A stretch of DNA of 64,000 nucleotides from a bacterium (GCA_965204535.1 OZ241996.1:992001-1056000); one strand, 5' to 3'; shown: positions 1 through 10,285, numbered from the stretch's first letter. The notes: generated by a model from the sequence alone, not told the origin. Translations and numbers: made by a program.

Positions 1-371
1 TGATGGAACTGACTTCCGGCCGGGGCGTCGAGGTCGTGGTTGAGAATATAGGTTGTGAGAACTTGCCGTCGGATCTCAAGCTCAACGCCGTCAACGGCCG
101 GATCGTCATCGTCGGAACGGGGACGGGAAAAGGCCCGGAGGTGACAATCCCCCTGCCTGCGGCCATGGGCCGGGACGCCCGGATTCTGGCGCTTTCTTCG
201 GGCAATCTGAATCCTCTCGTCCCGGGCATATTGAGGCGTCTGGCTCCCTTGCTGGAAAGCGGCGCCATCAAGCCTCATATCGGGCGAGAACTGCCCCTGG
301 AGCAGGCGAATGAATCGCACGAGGTTCTACTGAGCGGAAAATTCCTGGGCAAAATCAATTTGGCGCCCTAG
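1..371 (+). CDS. Zinc-binding/NADPH:quinone oxidoreductase (MDR family), C-terminal part; 5' end outside window
   Basis: GVEVVVENIG...GRIVIVG...LEQANESHEVLLSGKFLGKINL is the typical MDR C-terminus. Confidence 0.8.
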   Translation, partial: MELTSGRGVEVVVENIGCENLPSDLKLNAVNGRIVIVGTGTGKGPEVTIPLPAAMGRDARILALSSGNLNPLVPGILRRLAPLLESGAIKPHIGRELPLEQANESHEVLLSGKFLGKINLAP

Positions 372-407
372 AGAGGAATCCCCGCATTTTGAGGAGGTGG
401 ATGAGAG

Positions 408-1097
408 ATGCTCCGGCTGGGTGATCATGAAATCGATCTGTGTCTGTTCGACGCCTACGGCACGCTGTTCGACGTAACCGCGGCGGCGGCGGAAAAACAA
501 TCGGAGCTTGGCGATCAGTGGCAGGCGCTCTCCTCGCTCTGGCGGACCAAGCAGATTGAATACACGTGGCTGAGAAGCCTGATGGGCAATCACGCGGATT
601 TCTGGCAGGTAACCGGCGATGCGCTCGATTTCGCCATGGATACGCTGGGGATGAGTGATCCACGCCTTCGCGAAGAACTGATGATGCTCTACAAACGATT
701 GAGTGCGTATCCCGAGGTGAAGGGCGTGCTCGCGAAGTTAAAGGATAATGGGGTGCGGGCCGCGATTCTCTCCAACGGCTCGCCCGAAATGCTTGACAGC
801 GCAGTGAAAAACGCCGGAATCGAGGAATATCTCGAAGACGTTCTATCCGTGGAGAGTGCCGGGATATTCAAGGTGCACCCGTCGGTCTATCAACTGGCGG
901 TGGACCGGCTAGGCGTTCCCGCCGAAAGAATCTGCTTTTTCTCATCAAACGGCTGGGATGTCGCGGGTGCCTCTCATTTCGGATACCGCGTCGTCTGGGT
1001 CAATCGTTTCGGGCAGAAAAAAGAGCGCGTCCCGCATGAAATCGACGCGGAAATCACCTCACTCGATGAGCTAGAGAGGGTGCTGGTTCTTAAGTGA
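408..1097 (+). CDS. Haloacid dehalogenase type II
   Basis: FDAYGTLFD motif I, WRTKQIEYTW, ILSNG, SSNGWD; GAGGAGG RBS. Confidence 0.9.
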   Translation: MLRLGDHEIDLCLFDAYGTLFDVTAAAAEKQSELGDQWQALSSLWRTKQIEYTWLRSLMGNHADFWQVTGDALDFAMDTLGMSDPRLREELMMLYKRLSAYPEVKGVLAKLKDNGVRAAILSNGSPEMLDSAVKNAGIEEYLEDVLSVESAGIFKVHPSVYQLAVDRLGVPAERICFFSSNGWDVAGASHFGYRVVWVNRFGQKKERVPHEIDAEITSLDELERVLVLK

Positions 1098-1110
1098 GGC
1101 TCTTTGAGGT

Positions 1111-1695
1111 TTACGATGCGTTCAGGGCCTTTCTGAGAGTCTGGATTCTCCCCGCATGGTCCGAATGGTTCACCGGCGGGAGTTTCTCCGTGTTCGTCAC
1201 CGGCAATACGATGAAATGAGGACCCGCCTCGGTGAGTATCCGGGGCAGGGCGTCATGAAACACGTCGAGAGCATCAATGCGCTCCACCTTGCCTTTTCCC
1301 GTCGCGCCGCCGCCCTCGAAGCCCGAGGCGCGCGCCAGTTCGACGAAATCGGCCCGCGGGGGGAGTTCCTGCCCGCCCACCATCTCGTAGCTCCTGTTCT
1401 CGAGCAGGAATACGACCAGGTTTTCGGGCGCATACCTGGCCAGCGTCACCAGCGAGCCCAAGCTCATCAGTATCCCCCCGTCGCCTTTCCAGACGATGGT
1501 TTTTCGCTCGGGCCGGGCGATGGCGAGGCCTAAGCCGAAATCGGCGGCGTGCCCCATGCCGAAGGCCAGAAAATCGAAATCAAGGTCGCTTTCCGAGACC
1601 AGCGGCCACTGCAGGGTGGCCGTCATGGTCATCACCACGATCTCGTTTGTTCTTCGCTCCGCCACCGCCCGGAACAGTTCCATGCGCTCTATCAA
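1111..1695 (-). CDS. TPP-dependent decarboxylase beta subunit (sulfopyruvate/phosphonopyruvate decarboxylase-like)
   Basis: GMGHA..GLGLA and GDGGILM...N TPP-binding motif; follows alpha subunit. Confidence 0.75.
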   Translation of the reverse strand: MIERMELFRAVAERRTNEIVVMTMTATLQWPLVSESDLDFDFLAFGMGHAADFGLGLAIARPERKTIVWKGDGGILMSLGSLVTLARYAPENLVVFLLENRSYEMVGGQELPPRADFVELARASGFEGGGATGKGKVERIDALDVFHDALPRILTEAGPHFIVLPVTNTEKLPPVNHSDHAGRIQTLRKALNAS

Positions 1696-1708
1696 GGTGA
1701 TCCGCCTC

Positions 1709-2218
1709 TTAGGGTTTGAACCCGTAGCCGGTGATGACGGCCGCCGGGTACGAAGTTTCCGCCGCCGTCTGGTCCATCAGTTCGAGCGTTTCCAGGTCAT
1801 CGTCCGACATCATGCGCCAGGTCGGGATTCTCCAGGCCTGAAGCAGCGGTTCCGTAAAGGTATAGGCCGAATCGATCGGCAACTTTCCGGCCACCGCCCC
1901 ACCGTATCCCCGCCAGCCGACCATCATGCGCAAGGGCACCCTGGGTCCTGCGCCGCAGCCTCTCAGGGAGTCTCCCGCCTCCATCAGCCCCGTGTTCTGA
2001 ATCACGAGCAACGGCTTGAGGCCGCCCGTCCAGAGCCCGGCCGCGATGGCGATGGATTCTCCCTCCCGGCAGGGGGTGATCAGGTCGATTTCCGGGTCGC
2101 TTTCCAGCGCATCGTATAGAAGACGGCTCTCGCTGTCCGGGATCATGAGAGCATGCGTAAAGCCGAGTTCATGAAGTTTCCGGACCGTTTTACTTGCGCT
2201 TGCGCCGTTCTCGCTCAA
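1709..2218 (-). CDS. TPP-dependent decarboxylase alpha subunit (ComD-like)
   Basis: IPDS, REGESIAIAAG, IQNTGL motifs; probable TTG start at 2218 after GAGAGG RBS (ORF track starts at 2269). Confidence 0.75.
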   Translation of the reverse strand: MSENGASASKTVRKLHELGFTHALMIPDSESRLLYDALESDPEIDLITPCREGESIAIAAGLWTGGLKPLLVIQNTGLMEAGDSLRGCGAGPRVPLRMMVGWRGYGGAVAGKLPIDSAYTFTEPLLQAWRIPTWRMMSDDDLETLELMDQTAAETSYPAAVITGYGFKP

Positions 2219-2424
2219 GTATTTTCCTCTCGAATTAGAATTGCATATTATTATCTGTCGAGGGGCCATCTTCTGCGCCGCATAACGCTCAAGTCAAGAG
2301 TTCCCGGCGAAATAATCCTGGAATCGCAGAGGACGGGAATATGATAACCTGCCCGAAGTGATATGCTCGGATTCGTTCAATCGGAATGAGATTTTCCCTG
2401 TATGGTGCGGAGAGAAAGTAAGCC

Positions 2425-3450
2425 ATGTCGAAGCGAAGACCCGTAATCGCGATGACCATGGGAGACCCGGCGGGGGTGGGGCCCGAGGTTTGCCTGAAAG
2501 CCGTCCTGGATGCGAGCGTTCGGAAAAAATGCGCCCCCCTCATCGTGGGCGATATGGCCGTGCTCAGGAAACACGCCCGGCGGATGAAGATTCCGGCGCG
2601 TCTGGAACGGGTAGCTGATGAGGCGAAACTGGCGCAACACCAAAGCTCGGCTGCCACGCCCGTGATTGATCTCAAAAACGTCGCGCCCGAGCACCGCGTT
2701 TACGGCGAAGTCCTCCCCGAGTTGGGCAGAGCGGCGGGCGGGTATATCAAAAAGGCCGTATCGATGGCGTGCACAGGCTTCGTGGACGCCGTAGCGACCG
2801 CGCCGATCAACAAGGAATCCCTGCAAGCCGGAGGGTACGACTACCCCGGTCACACCGAGATGCTCGCCGACCTGTGCGGCGGAGGGCGGCCCGTCATGAT
2901 GCTCGCGCACCGCAAGATACGCATCGCGCACCTGTCCACCCATTGTTCTCTGAGAGTCGCGCTCCGCCGCGTCAAGAGAAAGCGAATCGTGTACGTGGCG
3001 CGCGTTCTGGACGACGCCCTGCGCCTGCTCGATCGAAAAACGCCCAGAATCGGCGTCGCGGGTCTCAATCCTCATGCGGGCGAGGGCGGCTTGTTCGGGA
3101 GAGAGGAGGTGGAGGAAATCGCGCCCGCGGTCGCGGATTTAAGGGAGATGGGCGTCGACGCGCACGGCCCCGAGCCGCCGGACACGATTTTCGGCAAGCT
3201 GCGCGGCGGCTACTACAGCGGCGTGGTGGCGATGTATCACGATCAGGGCCACATTCCGGGCAAGCTGATGTGCTTTCGCTTCGACTCCCAGGGGCAGGCG
3301 AGCGTGCGCGGCGTCAACGTGACGCTGGGCCTGCCCATCGTCAGGACCTCGGTCGAGCACGGGACGGGCTACCCCATCGCCGGGCGCGGGCTCGCCGACC
3401 CCTCCAGTATGGTTGATGCACTTATCCTCGCGGCGCGGATGGTTGGGTAA
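2425..3450 (+). CDS. pdxA: 4-hydroxythreonine-4-phosphate dehydrogenase (PdxA/PdxA2)
   Basis: TMGDPAGVGPE, TAPINKE, GHTE, GLNPHAGE, MYHDQG, NVTLGLP. Confidence 0.92.
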   Translation: MSKRRPVIAMTMGDPAGVGPEVCLKAVLDASVRKKCAPLIVGDMAVLRKHARRMKIPARLERVADEAKLAQHQSSAATPVIDLKNVAPEHRVYGEVLPELGRAAGGYIKKAVSMACTGFVDAVATAPINKESLQAGGYDYPGHTEMLADLCGGGRPVMMLAHRKIRIAHLSTHCSLRVALRRVKRKRIVYVARVLDDALRLLDRKTPRIGVAGLNPHAGEGGLFGREEVEEIAPAVADLREMGVDAHGPEPPDTIFGKLRGGYYSGVVAMYHDQGHIPGKLMCFRFDSQGQASVRGVNVTLGLPIVRTSVEHGTGYPIAGRGLADPSSMVDALILAARMVG

Positions 3451-3576
3451 AGGTGAGGGTATTATTCATACCTCTGACGGGATTCTGATGCCCTAATCTA
3501 TTAAACGCGAATTGCAGTCTGCCTCTACGTTACGTAAACAAAAAACAACCTCAAAGACAACAATATTGTTGACAAC

Positions 3577-3864
3577 GGGGTTGTTGAATAAGTCCTGATT
3601 GCGTGAGTCGGAGCATGGAGCCAGGGAGGGAGGCTATAGGGATAAGTCGCTATCAATCCTCGTGCGATGCGTTTTTTTCGTCATTCCGGCGAAAGCCGGA
3701 ATCCATTAGTTTTGCCTTTGTTTTTTATTCTCAGTTTGATTCGCGACAATGACGATGTGATGAAAAACCGAAATAATATCATTCTGCCTGAAATTGGATT
3801 CCGGCTTTCGCCGGAATGACGTCGGTGGTCAATTCCAATCAAGGAGGAATTTTTCAGCAATCCC
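3577..3864. mobile_element. MITE-like element with degenerate IS1182-type ends, enclosing a GTCATTCCGGC hairpin repeat
   Basis: Left end GGGGTTGTTGAA, right end TTCAGCAATCCC; flanks ACAAC/ACAAT; internal 27-bp inverted repeats 3679-3705 and 3795-3821. Confidence 0.6.
3679..3821. repeat. Palindromic repeat family B (CGTCATTCCGGCGAAAGCCGGAATCCA ... inverse)
   Basis: Perfect 27-bp inverted pair; related copy at 38945-39115. Confidence 0.85.
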
Positions 3865-3922
3865 ACAATTTAATTGATTGTAGAGCGCAACTCACGGCCC
3901 GTCCCTGCAAAATCTCTCGCCC

Positions 3923-4678
3923 TCACGACCGACAAATCGTAAGCAGGTGTACCGCTTCGGCGCCCGCTTTTTTGAGTTCGCGGGCGCAGGCCGAGGCGGT
4001 CGAGCCGGTCGTGACGACGTCGTCTACGAGGATGCAGGTGGCCGCCTCGATTTTCGGACTCGCCTTGTTTGCGCGAACCCGGAATACGCCGCGCATGTTC
4101 CGGCGCCGCTCCCGTGCGGAGAGGCCCGTCTGCGAGCGGGTCGCCTTCGCGCGTTCGAGTAAGTCCGCGTGGGGGATGCCCAGGCATTCCGCCGTCATGA
4201 GGGCGAGCAGCATTGCCTGATCGAAGCCTCTCGTCCTCCAGTGGGCGGGGTCGATGGGCACATGCGTTACCACCACGTTGCGCGCGTCTGCATCGATTCT
4301 GAATTCCTCCTTCGCGAGCCCGGCGAGATGCGGCGCGAACTCGCGCGCGAGCTTCGTGAATCCCTGGAACTTGAAGAGGTGGACGGAGTCTCGCAGCAGG
4401 CCCTCATAAGCGCCGATGGCACGGGCCATGTCGTAGTGATGCCCGTTTTCGAGGCAATCCGCGCACACGTGGGCCGGGGAATGGGTGAGGGTGGTCAGGG
4501 AGTGAAAAGGAGTTCCGCACCTGGGGCACCAGGGCGGTTCAAAGCGCTCGTAGGCTTCCGTGCAGGGCGTGCATATCGCATGGGGAACGCCGATTTCCAT
4601 GGGAGCCGAGCACAAGAGGCATTTCGGAGGGATGAGGAAGTCCGTCGCTGCGCCGATGAGTCTGCGGAGATAACCCAT
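3923..4678 (-). CDS. comF: ComF family protein (double zinc ribbon + phosphoribosyltransferase domain)
   Basis: CxxC pairs at N-terminus, RGFDQ, ILVDDVVTTGST. Confidence 0.88.
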   Translation of the reverse strand: MGYLRRLIGAATDFLIPPKCLLCSAPMEIGVPHAICTPCTEAYERFEPPWCPRCGTPFHSLTTLTHSPAHVCADCLENGHHYDMARAIGAYEGLLRDSVHLFKFQGFTKLAREFAPHLAGLAKEEFRIDADARNVVVTHVPIDPAHWRTRGFDQAMLLALMTAECLGIPHADLLERAKATRSQTGLSARERRRNMRGVFRVRANKASPKIEAATCILVDDVVTTGSTASACARELKKAGAEAVHLLTICRS

Positions 4679-4759
4679 GATCCCTGGAAAACACTCGCTT
4701 CGGGTCCTGGGTATGAAAAAATGCGGCCCCCTCGTACGGGCCGGTTGCAGCGAGAAACC

Positions 4760-5905
4760 TTAGGATTTTCTCTTGAGTTGCACCCTTTTGCTGCCTGTCC
4801 CCTCGCTCTGAGCCTCGCCCTTGCGGCGGTGGCGGATGAGTTCGGCGACGATGGCGACCCCGATCTCGCCCGGTGTGTCGGCGCCGATGTCGAGGCCGAT
4901 GGGCGCATGGACGCGCTCGATGAGTTCGCCTCTGGCGTAGCCCTTGTCCTGGAGGTGGCGATAGGTGAGCAGCACCTTGCTTTTCGAGCCAATCATCCCG
5001 ATGTAGCGCGCGTCTGTCTTCATGGCCCATTCGAGGACGACTTCGTCGTTCGAATGGCCTCTGGTGATGATGGCCAGATAGTCGGACTCGTCGACCGGGA
5101 TTTTCTCGAAAATCTCGGGGAATTCCCCCACAAAGAACGATTCCGCCATCGGGAAGCGCTCCTTGTTGGCGAACGAGGGCCGATCCTCGACGATCGAGAC
5201 CCGGAAGCCGGCGAGATAGGCCGCCTGCGCGACGCAGAACGACACGTGCCCTCCGCCGAAAATATAGACGAGCGGCTGGCCGGATATGGGTTCGACGAAA
5301 ATTTCGGTTGCGTCCGTGAGGGTCGAGCGCTTTTCTCCCGCGCGCGCGGCGTCCCTGTTGAACTGCATGAGGGTGGGACTGCCGTTTCGGATGATTTGCG
5401 TGCTCTCCGCCCAGATTTCCGTTGAATAGTCGGGAATCTCGCCCACGGCGCTGCCGTCGCGCCGGAAGAGCATCTTTCTGGCCTCCGGCGCCGGGACGTC
5501 GAGATCGCCCGGCTGAACAATGGTCGCCAGCGCAGCGCTGCCGCCCTGGTTTCTGATGCGGTTGATCTCGTCGAGCAACTCTTCCTGAAACGCCTGGAAG
5601 GGCTCCACGAGTATCTCCACCACGCCGCCGCAGATATGGCCGCTGTCTTCGGCTTCCTGCTGGGTGAGGTCGAACCGGAGCTTTTCTGGTTCGCCTGTCT
5701 CGAGGACGCTCATCGCGGTTTCCCACACCTCAGCTTCGAGGCAGCCGCCCCCGACGGTGCCCTCCGTACTGCCGTCCTCACGCACGAGCATCTTCGCGTC
5801 GCCGCTCATGGGCGCGGACCCCTTGCGGGCCACGACGGTGGCGAGCGCGCCGCTCTGGCCGTCTTCCTTGAGTTTCGCCATTTCCCTGAATACGTCCTTG
5901 CTCAT
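4760..5905 (-). CDS. xdhC: XdhC/CoxF family molybdenum cofactor chaperone
   Basis: GTVGGGCLE, ICGG, IFGGGHV, TRGHSND, YIGMIGS, APIGLDIGADTPGEI. Confidence 0.92.
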   Translation of the reverse strand: MSKDVFREMAKLKEDGQSGALATVVARKGSAPMSGDAKMLVREDGSTEGTVGGGCLEAEVWETAMSVLETGEPEKLRFDLTQQEAEDSGHICGGVVEILVEPFQAFQEELLDEINRIRNQGGSAALATIVQPGDLDVPAPEARKMLFRRDGSAVGEIPDYSTEIWAESTQIIRNGSPTLMQFNRDAARAGEKRSTLTDATEIFVEPISGQPLVYIFGGGHVSFCVAQAAYLAGFRVSIVEDRPSFANKERFPMAESFFVGEFPEIFEKIPVDESDYLAIITRGHSNDEVVLEWAMKTDARYIGMIGSKSKVLLTYRHLQDKGYARGELIERVHAPIGLDIGADTPGEIGVAIVAELIRHRRKGEAQSEGTGSKRVQLKRKS

Positions 5906-5936
5906 TCCTTGCTCCGCCTACGTGAAGTGATGATCG

Positions 5937-6764
5937 CTACGCATCCGGTGCGATCCGCATGAATACTTCACATTCGTTGTTCATACAAGACGTGAAGAGG
6001 ATGCCGTCCGCCGGACCATGAGGCTTTCCGGCCAGTTCCCATATAGTATAGGCCGTTTTTTCGAGTTTTTCCAGCGAAGTTTCCATATCCGCCTTGTTGA
6101 TGACGATCCACTTCCGCGCGCCCTCCCCGGCCTTGTGAAAAAGACCGAAAGGGTGTGCGCACAGCTTTCCTACGGCCTCGGCCGTTATCTCCTCGCCGAT
6201 CTGCAGGCTGCAAATGTGCGAAAGCGCCTCGGGACGAAAGACGTGTGTCTGATTCAAGGGCGCGCCCAGCGCGTCCAGCCCCACGACGCCCAGCACGGCG
6301 TCGAGATTTTCGGGCAGTACGGGCTCATCGGGACCCGGGGCCTTGATGGGCAGTCTTCTCGCGCCGTCCGCCTCGATGAGCGTGAGGGAATTGCCCAGCG
6401 TGAAGTGGGCAATTTCCGAAGGCATAAAACCGCTCAGCTTCATGCGTTGCTCGTTCTCCAGACCCGGAACCGGGGCTTTCCCCTCGCGGCGGCGTGCGAA
6501 CCACGAGACGCCGCATGCGTCCATGTAGGGGCGGAGGTTCTTTCCGAGCGTCGCGGCGTCGCCCAGGGCGAGCCCGAGCCCTTCCTCGGGCAGCGGCGCG
6601 AAAATCTTCGTTGTCGTCGTGAGAATCGCAGGTTTTCCGGATTGCGCATGAAACTGCCTGGCGATGGCCGTCAGCAGGCTCGTTTTTCCGCCTCCGCCAA
6701 CCGCCGCGACGCTCTGGCCAGGCCCGACCCCGAGGGAGCGAACGATGTCGTCTTCCGCTACCAA
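5937..6764 (-). CDS. yqeC: Selenium cofactor biosynthesis protein YqeC
   Basis: VGGGGKTSLL, TTTTKI, IEADGARRLPIKAP..EP; probable TTG start at 6764 after GGAGAG, overlapping the VWA stop. The 525-aa ORF-track call is over-extended. Confidence 0.85.
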   Translation of the reverse strand: MVAEDDIVRSLGVGPGQSVAAVGGGGKTSLLTAIARQFHAQSGKPAILTTTTKIFAPLPEEGLGLALGDAATLGKNLRPYMDACGVSWFARRREGKAPVPGLENEQRMKLSGFMPSEIAHFTLGNSLTLIEADGARRLPIKAPGPDEPVLPENLDAVLGVVGLDALGAPLNQTHVFRPEALSHICSLQIGEEITAEAVGKLCAHPFGLFHKAGEGARKWIVINKADMETSLEKLEKTAYTIWELAGKPHGPADGILFTSCMNNECEVFMRIAPDA

Positions 6765-8530
6765 GTGCGGCTCTCCATGCCGCCGAGCAGTTCGCGCCTG
6801 AGGATGTTCACGAGTTCGGTGGAAAGCTGGGAGAGGTCCTGCACCACGATGTGGTTGGGGTAGATCTGCTCGACGAATGGGTCCACCACGCCGACGCCGA
6901 TGACGCGGACGCCCAGCTTTTGCAGCCGGTTCACCGTGTTCACGAGGTGGGTCGCATCCCCGTTGGGCTGGCCGTCCGAGGTGATGATGATGATTTTCTC
7001 CTCCTCGGGCCGCTGGATGAGCCTGCGGTAGGCGAAGAGCAGGTGTTCTTCGTCCCAGTTGTTGAAGCGCGGATATATGTTGACGAGCCTGTTCTTGACC
7101 TGGGCGAATTGATCCTCGAAACCCTTGTAGACGCGGTGCTGCAGCGGCGAGTGCCGGATGTGGCGGAACTTGAACGCGGGGATGTGGCCCAGGGCCGCCG
7201 CCATGGCGGCTTCCGAACTCTCGGTGGAATAGCCGATGACCTCGAAGGGCACGTCGAGGCGGTCGAGCGCTTCGGCGAAGAATATGGTCGCCTCTCTGGC
7301 GGCCATGTATTTCGACTCGCGGTTCATGCTGCCGCTCTCGTCCACGAGCAGCGTGAAGCATACGTCGAGCTTCTCGGGCTCTTCTCTTCGGTGGAAGAGG
7401 TGGAATTTCCCCAGGCGCTGTTTCCACAATTTCGGGAGGTTCAGCTTGCCCGAGCGGTGCGAGCCGCTGTAGCGGGTGTAGGTTCTCTCCTGGATAATTT
7501 GCATGAGCTTCCACACCAGCACCTTGATGTGGCTGCCCGCATTGTCGATGACCGCCGCGTATTCCTCTGCCTTGCCCTCGGGCGGCAACACGATAGTGCG
7601 CTCATCAGGATGCTCGGCGGTGGGGTGGATTTCCTTCTTGTTCCCTTCGAGCTCGAACCAGGGGGCGGCCCAGTGCCCGAGCGCCGCGAGTTCCTCGGGA
7701 CTGAGTTCGACCTGCTCGCCCACGTCTTCCTCGTCGATTTCCTCGGCCGCTTCGGGGTGGAGCATCTCGAGCGCTTCGTCGTCGTCGCCCTCCAGGTTCT
7801 GGCTCTCGATCTTCTGCAGAATTTCTTCGGGGATTTCCGATAAATCCTGATCCTCGCTCATCCGGGAGAGTTGTTCTTCGGTGAGATAGCGCTGGATGGC
7901 GTCGTAAATCTCGTTGGCGCAATCGAAGGCGGTTTTGGGGTCATCGGCGGCGCAGGCGCGGTCAATCAGCGGGATGAGCCTGTGGAAAATCTGGACGACG
8001 GCGGAATCGAACCAGGCCGCCGGCAAGTCTCCGGGCCTGGAAGAAGGGACGCCGGGCGTCTGCCCGATCCCGGCGAGGTAGATTCCCCACTGAATCTGGA
8101 GAAACAAGGGGAGTTGTCCGCTCATCTGGTTGCGCTCGGCCGCCTCGATGGCCGGGAGGATGAAGGCCCTGAAATTCTTCTTGGTGCCGGGCAACGATTC
8201 CGCGAGGCGGTTTTCGCACCGCGCATCCTCGAGCGTGTGCCAGATGTGGAAAAGACCCGGCCTCTCGCGGTTGGCGAGCGCGGCGCGCCCCGCCCAGCGG
8301 AACGTGCCGTGGATCTTGTGGGCCACCTCGATGAGCGTCATGCCCTTTTGGAATCTCAAGACATGCTCGTCGTTGAGTCCGCCGCCCAGGCGCGCCAGGG
8401 TTTGTTCGGGGTCTTCGACGTGGATGGCGTCTTCGCCGTTCTTCGCCTTGGGGCCGAAGTTCAGGGCGAGGTCGTAATCGTGCGCGGTTACCTGCGCGAG
8501 CGCTTCGAGACGGGCGCGTCGGCGTTCCAT
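6758..8530 (-). CDS. VWA (MIDAS) domain protein, CobT/NorD/CbbO-like partner of MoxR ATPase
   Basis: LEDAR.E N-terminal motif, acidic linker, LLVDESGSM (DxSxS) and ITSDGQP. Confidence 0.85.
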   Translation of the reverse strand: MERRRARLEALAQVTAHDYDLALNFGPKAKNGEDAIHVEDPEQTLARLGGGLNDEHVLRFQKGMTLIEVAHKIHGTFRWAGRAALANRERPGLFHIWHTLEDARCENRLAESLPGTKKNFRAFILPAIEAAERNQMSGQLPLFLQIQWGIYLAGIGQTPGVPSSRPGDLPAAWFDSAVVQIFHRLIPLIDRACAADDPKTAFDCANEIYDAIQRYLTEEQLSRMSEDQDLSEIPEEILQKIESQNLEGDDDEALEMLHPEAAEEIDEEDVGEQVELSPEELAALGHWAAPWFELEGNKKEIHPTAEHPDERTIVLPPEGKAEEYAAVIDNAGSHIKVLVWKLMQIIQERTYTRYSGSHRSGKLNLPKLWKQRLGKFHLFHRREEPEKLDVCFTLLVDESGSMNRESKYMAAREATIFFAEALDRLDVPFEVIGYSTESSEAAMAAALGHIPAFKFRHIRHSPLQHRVYKGFEDQFAQVKNRLVNIYPRFNNWDEEHLLFAYRRLIQRPEEEKIIIITSDGQPNGDATHLVNTVNRLQKLGVRVIGVGVVDPFVEQIYPNHIVVQDLSQLSTELVNILRRELLGGMESRTW

Positions 8531-8544
8531 GCCTCATCTCCCGG

Positions 8545-9429
8545 CTAGAAGTGGTTGTCTACGATGTCCTCGAGCACTTTGGCGTCGAAAGAGTTGACCT
8601 TGCTGAAGATGGTCGAGACGGCGGCTTCCATGGGGTCGAACTGCGCCGCCATGCGCGCCCAGTCGATGAGGCGCCGGGTGCTGAACGTGCAGAACACCTT
8701 TTCGTTCTGCATGGCCTCGCGCACGTCGTGGCCCACGCGCACCATGCGCTTGATGAGCTCCTCATCGTTGTTCCCGCTCTGCTGCATGATGACCTCGACC
8801 TCCGCGTCGAAGGGCAGGTAGTCCATCTTCACGGTAACCGGGAAGCGGTCCAGAAGCGCCTCGTTCAGGGGCTTGGTGCCGCCGTATCTGCGGTCCTCGT
8901 GCGGGTTCATGCTGGCGAAAAGCCTGAAGTTCGGATGGGGTTTGACGATGCGGCCGTCGTATTCCGACAAGACGATCATCCGGTCGTCATCGAGCAGGCT
9001 GTGCAGGCAAAAGGCGATTTCGGGCAGGCACGCGTTGATCTCGTCGATGAGCAGCCAGTCGCCCGATTGCATGGCGTCGACCAGAATGCCGTTCACCCAG
9101 TAGGTGCCCTGTTCGTTGATCATCAGCTTGCCCACGAACTCGTCGACCGTTGTCATGCCGTTCAGGTTCACGCGCCGGAAGCCGTTGTTCGTCATGTGGG
9201 CGAGGTGGCGCACCGAGAGAGTCTTGCCGACGCCGGTCTCCCCGACGAGGAGAGCGGGGAGGTTCCTGCTTACCGCCCATGCGATGCGCTCGAGCGCGTC
9301 TCCCGCCGCCAGATAGAATTGCGCCGGGGGAACGAAGGAGTTCCCGTTGGTCTCGTTGATGGGGATTTCGCTGCGCCCGATCCGGTAGGTTCCGTTTTTC
9401 ACCGTTTCGGTCAAGATTTCGGTAGTCAA
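8545..9429 (-). CDS. MoxR-family AAA+ ATPase (CbbQ/NirQ/NorQ-like)
   Basis: Walker A GETGVGKT, Walker B LLIDEIN, ASMNP, ALLDRF, STRRL; TTG start overlaps yqeB stop (TTGA). Confidence 0.9.
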   Translation of the reverse strand: MTTEILTETVKNGTYRIGRSEIPINETNGNSFVPPAQFYLAAGDALERIAWAVSRNLPALLVGETGVGKTLSVRHLAHMTNNGFRRVNLNGMTTVDEFVGKLMINEQGTYWVNGILVDAMQSGDWLLIDEINACLPEIAFCLHSLLDDDRMIVLSEYDGRIVKPHPNFRLFASMNPHEDRRYGGTKPLNEALLDRFPVTVKMDYLPFDAEVEVIMQQSGNNDEELIKRMVRVGHDVREAMQNEKVFCTFSTRRLIDWARMAAQFDPMEAAVSTIFSKVNSFDAKVLEDIVDNHF

Positions 9430-10280
9430 TTCGCATACTCCATGGCAGAAACGCCGAACAGAAACATCATGATGGCCTCGAGCGCGCCGCCTCCGATGGC
9501 GCGCGATTTATCCGATATCGTATGGCAATGGGCGGGCTCGGCCCTCGGGTCGACGTCGCCCACCTTGAAGCCGACAGGCACCTCGATGCCGTCTCTCAGC
9601 AGCCCCCGTAAAACGCCGTCGATGGCGGAGGTCACTTCCGCGCCGTCCACGCGGGCGACGGCCTCTCCCGCCCGCACCATGTCGCCTATCCCGGCGATGG
9701 AGGTGAAGACGCCTGCTTTGGGCGCACGCAGCAGCCGTTCGGTGGTGTAGCCGCCGATGGGGCCCGGAACGCCCGTGTTGGGTTTCGCGCCGCCTTCCAG
9801 TATGACCCTTCCCAGATCGTGTCCCCGGGAGGTCTCGACCACGGCGTGGCAATCGACGCCCGCTGTGAAGCCCGGCCCGAGGCCGACGACGACCTCCGCG
9901 TTGTCGATGCGCGTGCCGAGGTTTCGCTTCGCCAGAATCGCATCGACCACGACGGCGGGCCGGAGGTGATCGATCACCTCGGCTTGAGGGTCCACCATTA
10001 CCGGAATCGAGCCCGCCTCCAGAATGGCGCGCGCGCTCTGTGCTTTCTCCATTGGTGTCTTGCCGTCCGCCCGGGCGGAGCTCACGCCCTCCACTCTCCA
10101 CTCATCCGCATACAGACACTCGGCGAACGAGACGGTGCGCCTCACCATCGTGGGGTTTTCGATTTCGGTGATCGCGACCGGAAAACCCGCGCGGTGCAAG
10201 CGGTGACACACGCCGGTGGCGAGGTCGCCGCCTCCTTTGACGAGTACGAGCGTCTCGGTAATGGACTTGCGGCTGCTCAT
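9426..10280 (-). CDS. yqeB: Selenium-dependent molybdenum cofactor biosynthesis protein YqeB
   Basis: VLVKGGGDLATGV..RL, VDAILAKRNLGT, ETSRGHDLG, KVGDVDPR, ISDKSRAIGGG; ATG at 10280. Confidence 0.9.
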   Translation of the reverse strand: MSSRKSITETLVLVKGGGDLATGVCHRLHRAGFPVAITEIENPTMVRRTVSFAECLYADEWRVEGVSSARADGKTPMEKAQSARAILEAGSIPVMVDPQAEVIDHLRPAVVVDAILAKRNLGTRIDNAEVVVGLGPGFTAGVDCHAVVETSRGHDLGRVILEGGAKPNTGVPGPIGGYTTERLLRAPKAGVFTSIAGIGDMVRAGEAVARVDGAEVTSAIDGVLRGLLRDGIEVPVGFKVGDVDPRAEPAHCHTISDKSRAIGGGALEAIMMFLFGVSAMEYAN

Positions 10281-10285
10281 CGCAT

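Noticed and set aside
5937-7514. 525-aa ORF suggesting a large YqeC fusion
   Set aside because: The N-terminal ~250 codons overlap the VWA gene in another frame and are Arg/Pro/Gly-rich junk; YqeC homology and an RBS point to a start at about 6764
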